Source: Methanothermobacter thermautotrophicus str. Delta H
GTDB taxonomy: Archaea > Methanobacteriota > Methanobacteria > Methanobacteriales > Methanothermobacteraceae
DNA length: 32,000 nucleotides
Direction: 5' to 3'
Assembly: GCF_000008645.1 (NCBI RefSeq)
Contig: NC_000916.1
Coordinates: 810,001-842,000 of the forward strand
Shown here one piece after another: positions 1 through 10,215 of the stretch. A model generated the notes under the pieces. It was given only the letters and a program-made list of their open reading frames with translations. It did not search any database and had not been told where the DNA came from. The translations under genes and the position numbers were made by a program. The first letter of the stretch is position 1; every line of letters begins with the position of its first letter.

Positions 1-662
1 AACTTCCGGCCGGCCCCAACGTTGAAACTTCAGACGCCATACTGGTGGTTGAGGGAAGATCAGACGTGCTCAACCTCCTCAAGTACGGTATAAAGAACGC
101 CATAGCAGTGGAGGGTGTCAGTGTACCGAAAACCGTGGCTGATTTAACCAGGAAAAAGACCGTTACCGCCTTCGTTGATGGTGACAGGGGCGGTGAACTC
201 ATACTCAAGGAACTCCTCCAGGTTGGTGAAATAGACTACGTCACCAGGGCCCCTAAGGGCAAGGAGGTGGAGGACCTTGAGAAGGACGAGATAATGATGG
301 CCCTGCGTAACAAGGTGCCTGTTGAACAGTTCTACCATGACCTTGGAATGAAGAAGGAGAAGAAGAAGACAGAGGACAAGATGGTGCTCCTCCGTAACAT
401 CCTGAAGGAGCTTGAGGGCACCGGAAACGCCGAGATACTCGACGACGCCCTGAACATACTCAGGGAGGTTAAGGTGGAGAACCTCTATGACGAACTGAGC
501 AGGGTCAACAACCACCCCTACGCCGTGGTATTTGATGGTGTGATAACACAGCGCCTGGTTGACCTCTCCTTCGAGAAGGGTCTCAGATACCTTGTGGCCG
601 TTAGAAGCGGGGATATAGTTAAGAAACCCCACAACCTCAAGCTTATAACCGGTCACACCTGA
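1..662 (+). CDS. dnaG: Archaeal DnaG-type primase, C-terminal part (5' end outside window)
   Basis: Frame is open from the window edge ([39 protein letters not shown]), a TOPRIM motif with VVEGRSD and later DGDRGG; stop at 660-662. The track start at 45 (GTG) is internal. Confidence 0.88.
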   Translation, partial: LPAGPNVETSDAILVVEGRSDVLNLLKYGIKNAIAVEGVSVPKTVADLTRKKTVTAFVDGDRGGELILKELLQVGEIDYVTRAPKGKEVEDLEKDEIMMALRNKVPVEQFYHDLGMKKEKKKTEDKMVLLRNILKELEGTGNAEILDDALNILREVKVENLYDELSRVNNHPYAVVFDGVITQRLVDLSFEKGLRYLVAVRSGDIVKKPHNLKLITGHT

Positions 663-683
663 AATTAACAGAAGGCATCAAAA

Positions 684-2189
684 ATGTATGTTGATATGAA
701 CCGTGAGTATCTGAAGGACATAAACACCACGGAAGACGTTAAGATACCTGAGGATCCCCTTGAAAGGGTTATAGGGCATGAAGATGTCATGCCAATGATA
801 AAGATAGCTGCTAAGCAGCGTAGACACCTGCTACTTGTTGGACCGCCGGGCATAGGAAAATCACTCCTTGCCCAGGCAATATCCTTTCACCTGCCTGAAC
901 CATCTGAGGAGATAACGGTTGTCCACAACCCTGAAAGGCCAGAGAGACCATTCGTTGAGATAAAAAACAGGAAAGAGATCGAGGATGAAATCCTTGAAAT
1001 CGAAAGGGCTGAGGGGGAACTCATAGACCCCCAGAGCGCCCCTGATGCTGTTGCAGAGCGCCTGGGCTTCAAGTGCATCCACTGCGGGGAGTACAGCAGC
1101 GCCTATAACAGTATCTGCCCGCGGTGTGGTGGGGACAAGTTTTCACACATTAAGGCCCGGAGAAAACATATCGGAGACCTCCTTGGAATGTTTGAGATGA
1201 GTTCAGGGAGCCTCAGCGTCCCCCAGAAGAGGGTGACAACGACCCGGATCATTGATGGTGTTGAGGAGGTTGTGATCTATGAGCGGGTTGGTGGTGAGGA
1301 GATCAAGGTACTTGATCAGAGGGCCCTTGAAAAGCGAAGGCAGATCGTTGAGGAGAAGCCCAGGAACGTCATAGTACCCCTTGATAGAAAAACCTTTGTC
1401 CAGGCCACAGGGGCCAGTGAAACCGAACTCCTGGGAGATGTCCGCCATGACCCCTACGGAGGTCACCCTGACCTTGGATCCCAGCCCTATGAACGCGTTG
1501 TGCCGGGAGCCATCCATGAGGCCCATGAGGGTGTCCTCTTCATAGACGAGATAGTTCACATTGCAGGCCTTCAGAGGTTCATATTCAGCGCAATGCAGGA
1601 TAAAACATTCCCCATAGTCGGTAGGAACCCCCAGAGTGCTGGAAGTTCCGTCAAGGTCGATGAGGTTCCATGTGACTTCATATTTGTCGGTGCCTGCAAC
1701 ATTGCGGACCTCCAGTACATACTCCCCCCTCTGCGATCAAGGATCCAGGGAGAGGGTTATGAGCTTCTTCTGAACACCACAATGCCTGATACCGATGAGA
1801 ACCGGGCAAAGATAGCTCAGTTCGTTGCGCAGGAGATAGAGCTCGATGGAAAGATACCCCATGCCCGTGCCGCTGCCGTTGAACTCCTCATTGAAGAGGC
1901 TAGACGGAGGGCAAGGGCCGTGGATGATGTTGATAACGCCCTCACCCTCAGGCTCCGGGACCTCGGAGGGGTTGTGAGGATGGCCGGGGACCTTGCAGTT
2001 ATGGATGGAAGCCCCTACATTGAGACCCGGCACATGGAGGTCGCCATAAGGAAGGCCGTTTCAGTTGAGGACCAGATAATAAGAAGATACAAGAGCTATG
2101 AGAAGGCCCTCGAGAAGGATCTATCAAGCTCCCAGAGGATGTCACAGCATGGATACAGCAGTGAGAACATAGACCGCAGCTACATGTAG
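684..2189 (+). CDS. Lon-like AAA+ ATPase (LonB-family N-terminal region, no peptidase domain)
   Basis: Walker A GPPGIGKS, Walker B-like VLFIDEI, archaeal LonB-like HVHI/ILPPLRSRI region, inserted zinc ribbon CIHCGEYSSAYNSICPRCGG. The protein ends without a Lon Ser-Lys peptidase domain. ATG at 696 is an alternative start. Confidence 0.8.
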   Translation: MYVDMNREYLKDINTTEDVKIPEDPLERVIGHEDVMPMIKIAAKQRRHLLLVGPPGIGKSLLAQAISFHLPEPSEEITVVHNPERPERPFVEIKNRKEIEDEILEIERAEGELIDPQSAPDAVAERLGFKCIHCGEYSSAYNSICPRCGGDKFSHIKARRKHIGDLLGMFEMSSGSLSVPQKRVTTTRIIDGVEEVVIYERVGGEEIKVLDQRALEKRRQIVEEKPRNVIVPLDRKTFVQATGASETELLGDVRHDPYGGHPDLGSQPYERVVPGAIHEAHEGVLFIDEIVHIAGLQRFIFSAMQDKTFPIVGRNPQSAGSSVKVDEVPCDFIFVGACNIADLQYILPPLRSRIQGEGYELLLNTTMPDTDENRAKIAQFVAQEIELDGKIPHARAAAVELLIEEARRRARAVDDVDNALTLRLRDLGGVVRMAGDLAVMDGSPYIETRHMEVAIRKAVSVEDQIIRRYKSYEKALEKDLSSSQRMSQHGYSSENIDRSYM

Positions 2190-2249
2190 TGAGAACTGCA
2201 TCAGATGAGTTCGATGAGTGCATGATCCGCAAGGTTTAAGTGGATATTT

Positions 2250-3185
2250 ATGGTAGATACCATGAATATGAAGAGGGAGTCAGAGGAAAGGCAGGGTCTT
2301 CTTGAACGTTACAATTTTCCAGAGCTCATTGAGGATTACCTCATTGAACTTGAGATCAGGAATTACTCTCCAAACACGATAAAGACGTACAAATCAATTG
2401 TTAAAAACTTTTATGAGTTTCTGATGAATGAGGATGACCTCTACGATGACCGGAGGGTCCTCAGGTCCTTCAAGAGGTATATACAGTACCTTAAAAGGGA
2501 TAAAAAGGTTACACAGAACTATATCTACCTTGTAACCGTTGTTGTTAAGAAGTTCTTTGAGTTCAGTGGCATAGACTGCTTGGAGGAGGTTAAGGCCCCC
2601 AAGAGGACCAAGTCCCTCCCCAAGTCCCTCAATGAGGATGAGGTCAAAAGTCTCATCAACGCCGTTGAGGTGGCTGATGATGGCTCCGTCATAAGGAGGT
2701 TCATAAAGACACGTGACCGCCTTATACTCTCACTTCTCTACTCATCGGGTCTCAGGGTCTCTGAGCTGGTCTCACTCAGGATCAATGACATAGACCCTGA
2801 TGAGAGGACCATAAGGATCAGGGGTAAGGGTGATAAGGATCGTATAGTCCTATTTGATGAGAACACCCGTGATCTCCTCATGGATTACCTCAAAAGAAGG
2901 ATTCATGAAAGCGAGTACCTGTTCCTCAACCGTTTCGGCGATCCCCTCACCCCCAGGTACGTTCAGATGATGATAAAGAACTATGCACGGAAGGCCGGGA
3001 TAAAGAAGAAGGTCACCCCACACATACTGAGGCACTCCTTTGCAACCCACCTCCTCAAGAACGGTGTGGATATAAGGGCCATACAGCAGCTTCTGGGCCA
3101 TTCAAACCTTTCAACGACACAGATATATACCAGTGTGGATATGCAGACCCTTAAAAATGTTTATGACAGGGCCAGACTCCTCTAA
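2250..3185 (+). CDS. xerA: Tyrosine recombinase XerA/XerC-D family
   Basis: SAM-like N-terminal domain ([20 protein letters not shown]) and catalytic motifs [38 protein letters not shown] at 2262 is a possible start. Confidence 0.9.
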
Positions 3186-3379
3186 TTAATTTATTTTTCA
3201 TTTATTTCAATAAAATTCAGGTCAGGAGCCAGAAGATTGCCTGAATTCTTCCTTCAAGGGCGGGCTTAATTTTTCAGAAGGTCAGTGACTTCATCGAACC
3301 ATGGAAAGTTATATATACTGGCAATCCCAATTTACCTTTATATCCATAAATTTGAATATATTGATTGGAGGTTAAAGGA

Positions 3380-4348
3380 TTGTTACAGGAATTCGCCGAT
3401 TATGTAACATACAATCTCATGGGCCTTGAACCGGCCTCCCACCTCGGAAGCGCCGTTAACTTCTTCATATACGACACCATAAAGATATTCATACTTCTCG
3501 CCACACTCATATTTGTCATATCATTCATAAGAACATATATACCGCCCAACAAGGTTAAGGAAACACTTGAAAAGAGACACAGGTACACAGGAAACTTCAT
3601 AGCAGCCCTGGTTGGTATAATCACCCCCTTCTGTTCATGTTCAGCCGTGCCACTGTTCATAGGCTTCGTTGAAGCTGGCGTGCCCCTGGGTGCAACATTC
3701 TCATTCCTCATATCATCCCCCATGATAAATGAGATAGCAATAATATTGCTCCTTGGACTGTTCGGATGGCAGATAACCGCCTTCTATATATTATCAGGTT
3801 TCATAATCGCAGTTCTTGGCGGAATCCTCATAGGAAAGCTTAAAATGGAAACCGAACTTGAGGATTACGTCTACGAGACACTGGAGAAGATGAGGGCGCT
3901 GGGGGTAGCCGATGTTGAACTACCAAAACCAACACTCCGGGAGAGGTACGTGATAGCCAAGAATGAGATGAAGGATATACTCCGCCGTGTTTCACCCTAC
4001 ATAGTTATAGCAATAGCCATCGGGGGATGGATACACGGTTATCTCCCCGAGGATTTCCTCCTCCAATATGCCGGTGCAGACAATATATTCGCTGTTCCGA
4101 TGGCAGTTATAATAGGAGTGCCGCTGTACTCAAACGCCGCCGGAACCATCCCCCTCATATCAGCCCTCATAGAGAAGGGAATGGCTGCCGGAACCGCGCT
4201 GGCACTTATGATGTCAATAACCGCCCTGTCACTCCCCGAGATGATAATCCTCAGGAAAGTGATGAAGCCAAAGCTCCTCGCCACATTCATAGCAATCCTG
4301 GCAGTCTCAATAACACTGACAGGATACATATTCAACCTAATAATCTAG
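3380..4348 (+). CDS. COG0701 permease (ArsP/DUF318-like)
   Basis: Multi-TM protein with the signature FCSCSAVPLFIGFVEAGVPLGATFSFLISSPMINE. GGAGGT at about 3368 sits ideally before TTG at 3380; the track start is TTG at 3365. Confidence 0.85.
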   Translation: MLQEFADYVTYNLMGLEPASHLGSAVNFFIYDTIKIFILLATLIFVISFIRTYIPPNKVKETLEKRHRYTGNFIAALVGIITPFCSCSAVPLFIGFVEAGVPLGATFSFLISSPMINEIAIILLLGLFGWQITAFYILSGFIIAVLGGILIGKLKMETELEDYVYETLEKMRALGVADVELPKPTLRERYVIAKNEMKDILRRVSPYIVIAIAIGGWIHGYLPEDFLLQYAGADNIFAVPMAVIIGVPLYSNAAGTIPLISALIEKGMAAGTALALMMSITALSLPEMIILRKVMKPKLLATFIAILAVSITLTGYIFNLII

Positions 4349-4399
4349 AGAATCTACAACATGTCATGTTAACAGGTTCAACCTGGAATTTGAGGTGAA

Positions 4400-4633
4400 A
4401 TGATGAAGATACAGATATATGGTACAGGATGTGCAAACTGTCAGATGCTCGAAAAGAACGCCAGAGAAGCAGTCAAAGAACTTGGAATCGATGCCGAATT
4501 CGAAAAGATAAAGGAAATGGACCAGATACTGGAGGCAGGACTCACCGCCCTTCCAGGACTGGCAGTCGATGGTGAACTGAAAATCATGGGCAGGGTGGCC
4601 TCAAAGGAAGAGATCAAGAAGATCCTCTCCTGA
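4400..4633 (+). CDS. Small thioredoxin/glutaredoxin-like redox-active disulfide protein
   Basis: 77 aa, MMKIQIYGTGCANCQMLEKNAREAVKELG with CANC active site and TALPGLAVDG cis-Pro region. Recalled as identical or near identical to structurally characterised MTH895. Confidence 0.9.
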   Translation: MMKIQIYGTGCANCQMLEKNAREAVKELGIDAEFEKIKEMDQILEAGLTALPGLAVDGELKIMGRVASKEEIKKILS

Positions 4634-4647
4634 AACCCCTCATTTCC

Positions 4648-4857
4648 ATGGTGATGACTATGGTCAAAGATGAAGAAAAGGGCTTTGATGGAAAAATAAA
4701 GGCAATGATCTCATCAAAGGCATGCGCCTGCCAGACAGGCATCCTTGAGAAGAAGAAGTCAGGGCTGAGGTACGTAAACTGCAAGGGCTGCGGTAAACTA
4801 TTCAAAACCGACAGGGACACCGAGTACTGCATGGACTGTGAAAAAAAGATGAAGTGA
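4648..4857 (+). CDS. Small cysteine-rich putative metal-binding protein
   Basis: 69-aa ORF with ACACQTG, CKGCGKLF and YCMDCEKK motifs, packed between cluster genes and overlapping the next ORF by a few nt. Confidence 0.75.
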   Translation: MVMTMVKDEEKGFDGKIKAMISSKACACQTGILEKKKSGLRYVNCKGCGKLFKTDRDTEYCMDCEKKMK

Positions 4858-5615
4858 TGGAGATGAGAATAACATTCCTGGGTGGTGGCCGGGTAGTCAG
4901 AATAATCCTCGGGGGCCTCCAGAGGGCAGGTAAACTACCCCGGGAGGTGATGGTGTGCGACCCCGATGAGGATTCCCTCAGAAGCCTTGAAGATGAATTC
5001 GGGGTTAAAACATCAGCTGACTGCAGCAGCATGGAAGGAGATGTGATATTCCTTGCACTGCATCCACCTGTCCTGAAGGATGTTCTGAACAAAATGGAGT
5101 CCCCTTCCCCTGAATCACTGATAGTGTCCCTGGCGCCCAGGATCAGAATAGAGGAGATACAGCAGGCACTGGACCACCCAAAGGTCGCGAGGGTCATACC
5201 CAACGCCCTCTCTCTTGTTAACAGGGGCTACAATCCCTTCAGCGCGGCAGATGAACTCACCGGGACTGACCTGGAAATACTTCAATCACTATTTGAACCT
5301 CTCGGAAAGTTTCCAGAGGTATCTGAGGACAAACTTGAAGCATACGCCGTTATAACTGCGATGGGTCCGACTTATCTATGGTTCCAGCTGGCTGAACTGG
5401 AAAAACTGGCTGTTGAGTTCGGCATGTCCCCTGATGAGGCTGCAACCGCTGTGCATTCCATGGCATCAGGCGCAGTGGAGGCCCTGTATTCACACCCAAA
5501 CAGGGATATGGTTATGGACCTCATAGCTGTGAAGCCCCTGGAGGATGCAGAGGATGATATAAGGGCCATCTACAGGAAAAGTCTTATGAGAATATACCAA
5601 AGCCTGACGGAGTGA
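4854..5615 (+). CDS. NAD(P)-binding oxidoreductase, pyrroline-5-carboxylate reductase-like
   Basis: Rossmann start MRITFLGGGRVVRIILGGL, ALHPPVLKDVL, VARVIPNALSLVNRGYNPF. The likely start is the internal ATG encoding MRITFLGGG. Confidence 0.75.
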   Translation: MMEMRITFLGGGRVVRIILGGLQRAGKLPREVMVCDPDEDSLRSLEDEFGVKTSADCSSMEGDVIFLALHPPVLKDVLNKMESPSPESLIVSLAPRIRIEEIQQALDHPKVARVIPNALSLVNRGYNPFSAADELTGTDLEILQSLFEPLGKFPEVSEDKLEAYAVITAMGPTYLWFQLAELEKLAVEFGMSPDEAATAVHSMASGAVEALYSHPNRDMVMDLIAVKPLEDAEDDIRAIYRKSLMRIYQSLTE

Positions 5616-5637
5616 CAGCACCCTAAGGAGGTATGAT

Positions 5638-6087
5638 ATGTACAGAAAAATATTGCTTGCAACGGATGGATCCGAATGTTCAATGCAGGCTGCAGGATAC
5701 GCCATTGAAACTGCAGCGCAGAACCGGGCCGAACTTCTGGCACTCACGGTCACAGAGACCTACCCCCTTGATAACCTTCCTGTGGAGGAACTCACAAGGA
5801 AGGTGACGGAACTCTTCAGGAAGGAATCAGAGGAGGCCCTCCAGAAGGTCGAGGACCTTGCAGTGAGTCTCGATACTCCTGTTAAGGTCCGTAAAATGAT
5901 GGTGGATGGTTCACCTGCAGAAACAATTCTGAAAGTCGCCGATGAAGAAAATGTGGATCTCATAGTTGTAGGGGCATCAGGAAAACATGCCCTTGAAAGG
6001 TTCCTCCTTGGAAGTGTGTCAGAGAAGATTGTGAGACACGCCAGGGTACCTGTGCTTGTGGTCCACAGCAAGAAACTTGAATGTTAG
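5638..6087 (+). CDS. Universal stress protein (UspA family)
   Basis: MYRKILLATDGSECSMQAAGYAIETA ... VDLIVVGASGKHALERFLLGSVSEKIVRHARVPVLVV. Confidence 0.95.
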   Translation: MYRKILLATDGSECSMQAAGYAIETAAQNRAELLALTVTETYPLDNLPVEELTRKVTELFRKESEEALQKVEDLAVSLDTPVKVRKMMVDGSPAETILKVADEENVDLIVVGASGKHALERFLLGSVSEKIVRHARVPVLVVHSKKLEC

Positions 6088-6449
6088 GTAGTACCATGAA
6101 TTCATGTAACGCTGATAGACCAAGCCCCGAGCAGATTGAGAGATTGAAAGAAAGGCTTGCTGGACTCCCGGATGAGGATAAAATAAAGAAGGAAGCAGCA
6201 GCCCTTAAGGCCCTGGCAGATCCAACCCGCCTTCTCATAATCTACCTCCTCTCTGAGGGTGATCTCTGCGTATGTGAAATAATGGCTGCCCTTAAAAAGC
6301 CCCAGCCAACCATTTCACACCACCTGAACATACTCAGGCGGGCTGGTTTCCTGAAGGCGGAGAAACGCGGTGTATGGGTCCACTACAGTCTGGCCAGTGA
6401 TGACCTCCCATCAATGATAAAGCAAGTGATTGAAGCAAGTGATTACTAA
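6081..6449 (+). CDS. ArsR-family transcriptional regulator
   Basis: KALADPTRLLIIYLLSEGDLCVCEIMAALKKPQPTISHHLNILRRAGFLKAEKRGVWVHYSL, an ArsR winged HTH with the ELCVCEI-type metal box. An internal ATG near 6100 is a likely start. Confidence 0.93.
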   Translation: MLGSTMNSCNADRPSPEQIERLKERLAGLPDEDKIKKEAAALKALADPTRLLIIYLLSEGDLCVCEIMAALKKPQPTISHHLNILRRAGFLKAEKRGVWVHYSLASDDLPSMIKQVIEASDY

Positions 6450-6458
6450 GGTGGTATC

Positions 6459-7556
6459 TTGACCGGTGATTCCTGCAGTTTAGATGGTGATATCTGTCCA
6501 TCAAGGCTCGGATTTCTCGATAAATATCTGACACTCTGGATTTTCCTTGCAATGGCGGCAGGTGTTTCAATCGGATACTTCTTTCCTGAATCCCGTCAGT
6601 TCATAAACATGTTCCAGGTGGATACAACAAGCCTCCCCATTGCCATTGGACTCATACTGATGATGTATCCTCCCCTTGCAAAGGTTCATTATGAGGACCT
6701 CCCTGATGTCTTCAGAAACTTCAGGATACTTGGACTTTCACTGTTGCAGAACTGGATCATTGGCCCTGTACTGATGTTCATCCTTGCCATTGTCTTCCTG
6801 ATGGACCATCCAGAATACATGATCGGTCTCATACTAATAGGACTCGCAAGGTGCATTGCGATGGTGATAGTCTGGAATGAACTTGCCATGGGCGACAGGG
6901 AGTATGCAGCGGGGCTTGTGGCATTCAACAGCCTCTTCCAGGTTTTCTTCTACAGCATATATGCATGGGTCTTTATAACCCTCTTACCGCCACTCTTCGG
7001 GGTTCAGGGGACTGCTATCGATGTCAGTATATTTGAGATAGCAAAGAGCGTCTTTATCTACCTGGGAATACCCTTCATTGCAGGATTTTTGACCAGGTAT
7101 ATCCTCCGGAGAAGGAAGGGTTCTGAGTGGTACGATACAAGGTTTATCCCCAGAATAAGTCCCCTGACACTAATGGCGCTCCTCTTCACCATCGTGGTGA
7201 TGTTCAGCCTGAAGGGAGACTATATAGTGCAGATACCCTTTGATGTGCTTCTAATCGCCATACCCCTCATCATCTACTTCGTGTTCATGTTCCTAATATC
7301 CTTCATCCTGGCATACAGTGTGGGGGCTGATTACTCGAAGTCATGCGCCATTTCATTTACAGCTGCAAGCAACAACTTTGAACTTGCAATAGCTGTCGCA
7401 GTGGCCGTCTTTGGTATAGATTCGGGTGTGGCATTCGCAGCCGTTGTGGGACCGCTCATCGAAGTGCCTGTACTCATAAGCCTTGTAAATGTAGCACTGT
7501 ACTTCCAGAGGAGATTATACAAGAGGGTTAAACCAGAAAATTCTCTTTTTCATTAA
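6459..7556 (+). CDS. acr3: ACR3-family arsenite efflux permease
   Basis: [70 protein letters not shown] are ACR3 hallmarks. Confidence 0.93.
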   Translation: MTGDSCSLDGDICPSRLGFLDKYLTLWIFLAMAAGVSIGYFFPESRQFINMFQVDTTSLPIAIGLILMMYPPLAKVHYEDLPDVFRNFRILGLSLLQNWIIGPVLMFILAIVFLMDHPEYMIGLILIGLARCIAMVIVWNELAMGDREYAAGLVAFNSLFQVFFYSIYAWVFITLLPPLFGVQGTAIDVSIFEIAKSVFIYLGIPFIAGFLTRYILRRRKGSEWYDTRFIPRISPLTLMALLFTIVVMFSLKGDYIVQIPFDVLLIAIPLIIYFVFMFLISFILAYSVGADYSKSCAISFTAASNNFELAIAVAVAVFGIDSGVAFAAVVGPLIEVPVLISLVNVALYFQRRLYKRVKPENSLFH

Positions 7557-7559
7557 AGC

Positions 7560-7583
7560 GGAGGATTTTGAAGGGAATCCTCC
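7560..7583. terminator. Hairpin between convergent genes
   Basis: GGAGGATT (7560-7567), 8-nt loop, AATCCTCC (7576-7583), followed by a T-rich stretch, between an ORF ending at 7556 and the converging ORF end at 7646. Confidence 0.55.
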
Positions 7584-7645
7584 ACCAGATTTATTTTTGT
7601 TTAGATCATCTGCGGTAGGACTGGGGAATCCAGACAAGACAATCA

Positions 7646-8704
7646 TCACGTTATTCTGTCAGCATAGAACTGCTCAAAGAACTCAAATATGAATACAACG
7701 CCATCATCACTGCTTTCAACCTTAATATGTCCTCCAAGCTGCCCTGCAAGATTGTCCATCATCCGGAACCCGAAGGACCCCCCTTCTGGAAAACTGACAT
7801 CCTCAGGTAAACCTGGACCACTGTCCCGGTATACCAGCCGGTGACGGCCATTGAATCTTCTAATTTCGATGTGTATCTCACCGCCCCCACTTAAGGCGTG
7901 TTTGAGGGAATTGGAAATCAATTCTGCAGTTATGAGCGCCAGTGGAACTGCCGTATCCATGTTAAGCTCTGCAGTATCCCCGCTAACGGTAACCCTGACA
8001 TCGGATGCCCTCCCATGGGCACTGATGAGATGTGATGAGAGGCTCCTGACATACTCCTGAAAATCAATTATGTAGGTGCCTGAAGAGGGATAGGCGCGCT
8101 CATGTATCATTGCAATCGAGCGCAGCTGGTTCACGTAGTCCCTGAAAAACTCCTCAACGCCTGGATCCTCTATGTACCTTATCTGGAGTGAGAGGAGACT
8201 TATGATGAGCTGGAGGTTGTTCTTGACCCTGTGGTGAAGTTCCCTCAAGAGCTGTTCCTTCTCCTCGATGGACCTTTTAAGGTACTCATTGATGGCCTTC
8301 TCCCTCACAAGTTTAACCCTGTTCTTCTTTGCCTCATGCTTGTAGAGGGCCATTTCAAGGTTCACCCTTATATCTCTCTCATGGAATGGTTTGAGGATGT
8401 ATGCATATGGCTCAGTCTCCCGTGCCCTCTTCACAATCTCATCACTGCTGTAGGCTGTGAGGTATAGGACCGGGATGTCCATCTTCTTCTTTATTATCCT
8501 TGCAGCATCGATACCATCCAGTTCGCCCTCCAGCATGATGTCCATTATTATGGAGTCAGGTTCCAGTTTTTCCAGTGACTCAAGTAGGTCCTCTGCTGAA
8601 TGGAATATTGCAGCGACCTCATAACCTGCATCCTCCAGTATGTACCGGATATCCTGGGCAACCAGTTCCTCATCCTCAACTATAACAACCCTTCCCCTCA
8701 TCAT
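7646..8704 (-). CDS. Receiver domain fused to histidine kinase (HisKA_2/HATPase)
   Basis: N-terminal REC (VVIVEDEELVAQDI, IIMDIMLEGELDG, PVLYLTAYSS, YILKPF), then LLRELHHRVKNNLQLIISLLSLQ and the HATPase boxes LNTDMAVPLALITAELISNSLKHA and GGSFGFRMM. Confidence 0.9.
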   Translation of the reverse strand: MMRGRVVIVEDEELVAQDIRYILEDAGYEVAAIFHSAEDLLESLEKLEPDSIIMDIMLEGELDGIDAARIIKKKMDIPVLYLTAYSSDEIVKRARETEPYAYILKPFHERDIRVNLEMALYKHEAKKNRVKLVREKAINEYLKRSIEEKEQLLRELHHRVKNNLQLIISLLSLQIRYIEDPGVEEFFRDYVNQLRSIAMIHERAYPSSGTYIIDFQEYVRSLSSHLISAHGRASDVRVTVSGDTAELNMDTAVPLALITAELISNSLKHALSGGGEIHIEIRRFNGRHRLVYRDSGPGLPEDVSFPEGGSFGFRMMDNLAGQLGGHIKVESSDDGVVFIFEFFEQFYADRIT

Positions 8705-10089
8705 TCACCACCAGCATCAAAGGTGACCGTGAAAACAGCCCCATCACGGTTCTCTGCAACTACTGATCCATTGACTCTCCTGAGCATGAAGTTAACGAGT
8801 TTAAGACCAAAACCTGGCGAATCTGAAACCTCAAAATCCTGAGGAAGCCCGCAGCCGTTATCTGCAACCACAAGTGTGCCCCTTCCATCTGAGACCGAAA
8901 GCGTGATCCTCACCTCACCATGGGAGTCTATACCATGATTTATGGCATTTGTAACGAGTTCATTGACAATGAGGCCAATGGAAACCGCGGTGTTGATTCC
9001 CACCCTGACCTCATCAAGTTCCGTCCTGAATACCGTGTCCCTCCCCCGGCACATATTTCGGAGTTCAGAAAGCAGTTCCTCTATGTATTCCGCAAGGTTG
9101 ACCACCATCATGTCCCCTGATCCATAGAGCTTCTCATGGACGAGGGCTATGGACTTAACCCTGTTCTGACATTCCATGAATATTTCAAGGGACCTCTCAT
9201 CCTCTATGTACCTTGACTGAAGCCTCAGGAGACTCGATATCAGCTGAAGGTTGTTCTTGACCCTGTGGTGTATCTCAGATAGGAGGAATTCTTTCTCCCT
9301 TATGGAAGCCTCAAGGGACTCCCTGATACGTTTATCCTCTGTTATATCCTGTTTTATCCCTATCAGAGACTTTGGATTCCCTTCGGAGTCCCTCAGCACC
9401 TCTGCCCTGAGCAGCACGGATGAAGTGGAACCATCATCCCTGAGTATCCTGTATTCACCCTCGAATGAACTCAAAGACCTGATTGAGTCATTGAAGGTCC
9501 TGCGTTCATCAGGGTGTATCCTTGAAACCATCTCATGAATGCTACCACTGAATTCATCCCGTGGGATTCCAAGTATCCGCAGGGCCTCATCAGAGCATGA
9601 TAGGGTGTCCGAGTCAATGTCCCACTGCCAGCTTCCTATCCTCCCTATCTTCTGCGCCTCCCTCAGCTGCCAGTTGCTCTCAATAAGGGACTGCCGTGTC
9701 CTTTCAAGCTCCTGCTCCTTTTCAATCTCCCTTATGGCCCTCTTTATTGCAATGGGGACCTTTGAAAAGTTGCTCTTGAGGACGTAGTCTGTGGCCCCGG
9801 CCTTCAGGGCCTCAACTGCAAATTCCTCGCCGATCTTGCCACTCACAAATATGAAGGGTACCCATGGGCACCTCTCCCGGGCTATTGAAAGGGCTGAGAG
9901 GCCATCAAAGGAGGGCAGGGAGTGGTCTGCCAGTATAACGTCGGGTCTGAACTCATCAATGGCCCTTATAAAGTCCTCTTCATTATCAGCTGTCTCTGAT
10001 ATGAACTCAATTCCGGCCCGCCTTATCTCCCTCTCCATGAGCTCAACGTCCAGCGGGACGTCCTCAAGTATAAGAATCCTGCATGTCAT
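8701..10089 (-). CDS. Receiver-PAS-histidine kinase (HisKA_2/HATPase)
   Basis: REC (ILILEDVPLDVELMEREI, VILADHSLPSFDGL, DYVLKS), PAS (WQWDIDSDTLSCSDEALRILG), kinase LLSEIHHRVKNNLQLISSLLRLQ, HATPase NELVTNAINHG. Overlaps 8704 by 4 nt. Confidence 0.9.
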   Translation of the reverse strand: MTCRILILEDVPLDVELMEREIRRAGIEFISETADNEEDFIRAIDEFRPDVILADHSLPSFDGLSALSIARERCPWVPFIFVSGKIGEEFAVEALKAGATDYVLKSNFSKVPIAIKRAIREIEKEQELERTRQSLIESNWQLREAQKIGRIGSWQWDIDSDTLSCSDEALRILGIPRDEFSGSIHEMVSRIHPDERRTFNDSIRSLSSFEGEYRILRDDGSTSSVLLRAEVLRDSEGNPKSLIGIKQDITEDKRIRESLEASIREKEFLLSEIHHRVKNNLQLISSLLRLQSRYIEDERSLEIFMECQNRVKSIALVHEKLYGSGDMMVVNLAEYIEELLSELRNMCRGRDTVFRTELDEVRVGINTAVSIGLIVNELVTNAINHGIDSHGEVRITLSVSDGRGTLVVADNGCGLPQDFEVSDSPGFGLKLVNFMLRRVNGSVVAENRDGAVFTVTFDAGGE

Positions 10090-10215
10090 CCTATCATCTG
10101 ATCATTTTTGAACCATGTCACATATCTTGATTACTGTTTACAGCAAGTATATCCATGGAACTTAATCACCGGGTTCCAATAAGGCTTATCTATGATTTGG
10201 ACCTAAATATAGTTT

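Noticed and set aside
2250-3185. Tyrosine recombinase considered as the integrase of a mobile element.
   Set aside because: XerA-like sequence next to dnaG and a Lon-like gene, with no attachment-site duplication, tRNA or cargo visible; more likely the chromosomal dimer-resolution recombinase.
7851-10111. Several plus-strand ORFs (7851-8060, 8231-8467, 8600-8842, 9251-9538, 9539-9787, 9791-10111).
   Set aside because: Antisense to well-supported kinase genes; translations are low complexity or lack family features, so they are likely shadow ORFs.
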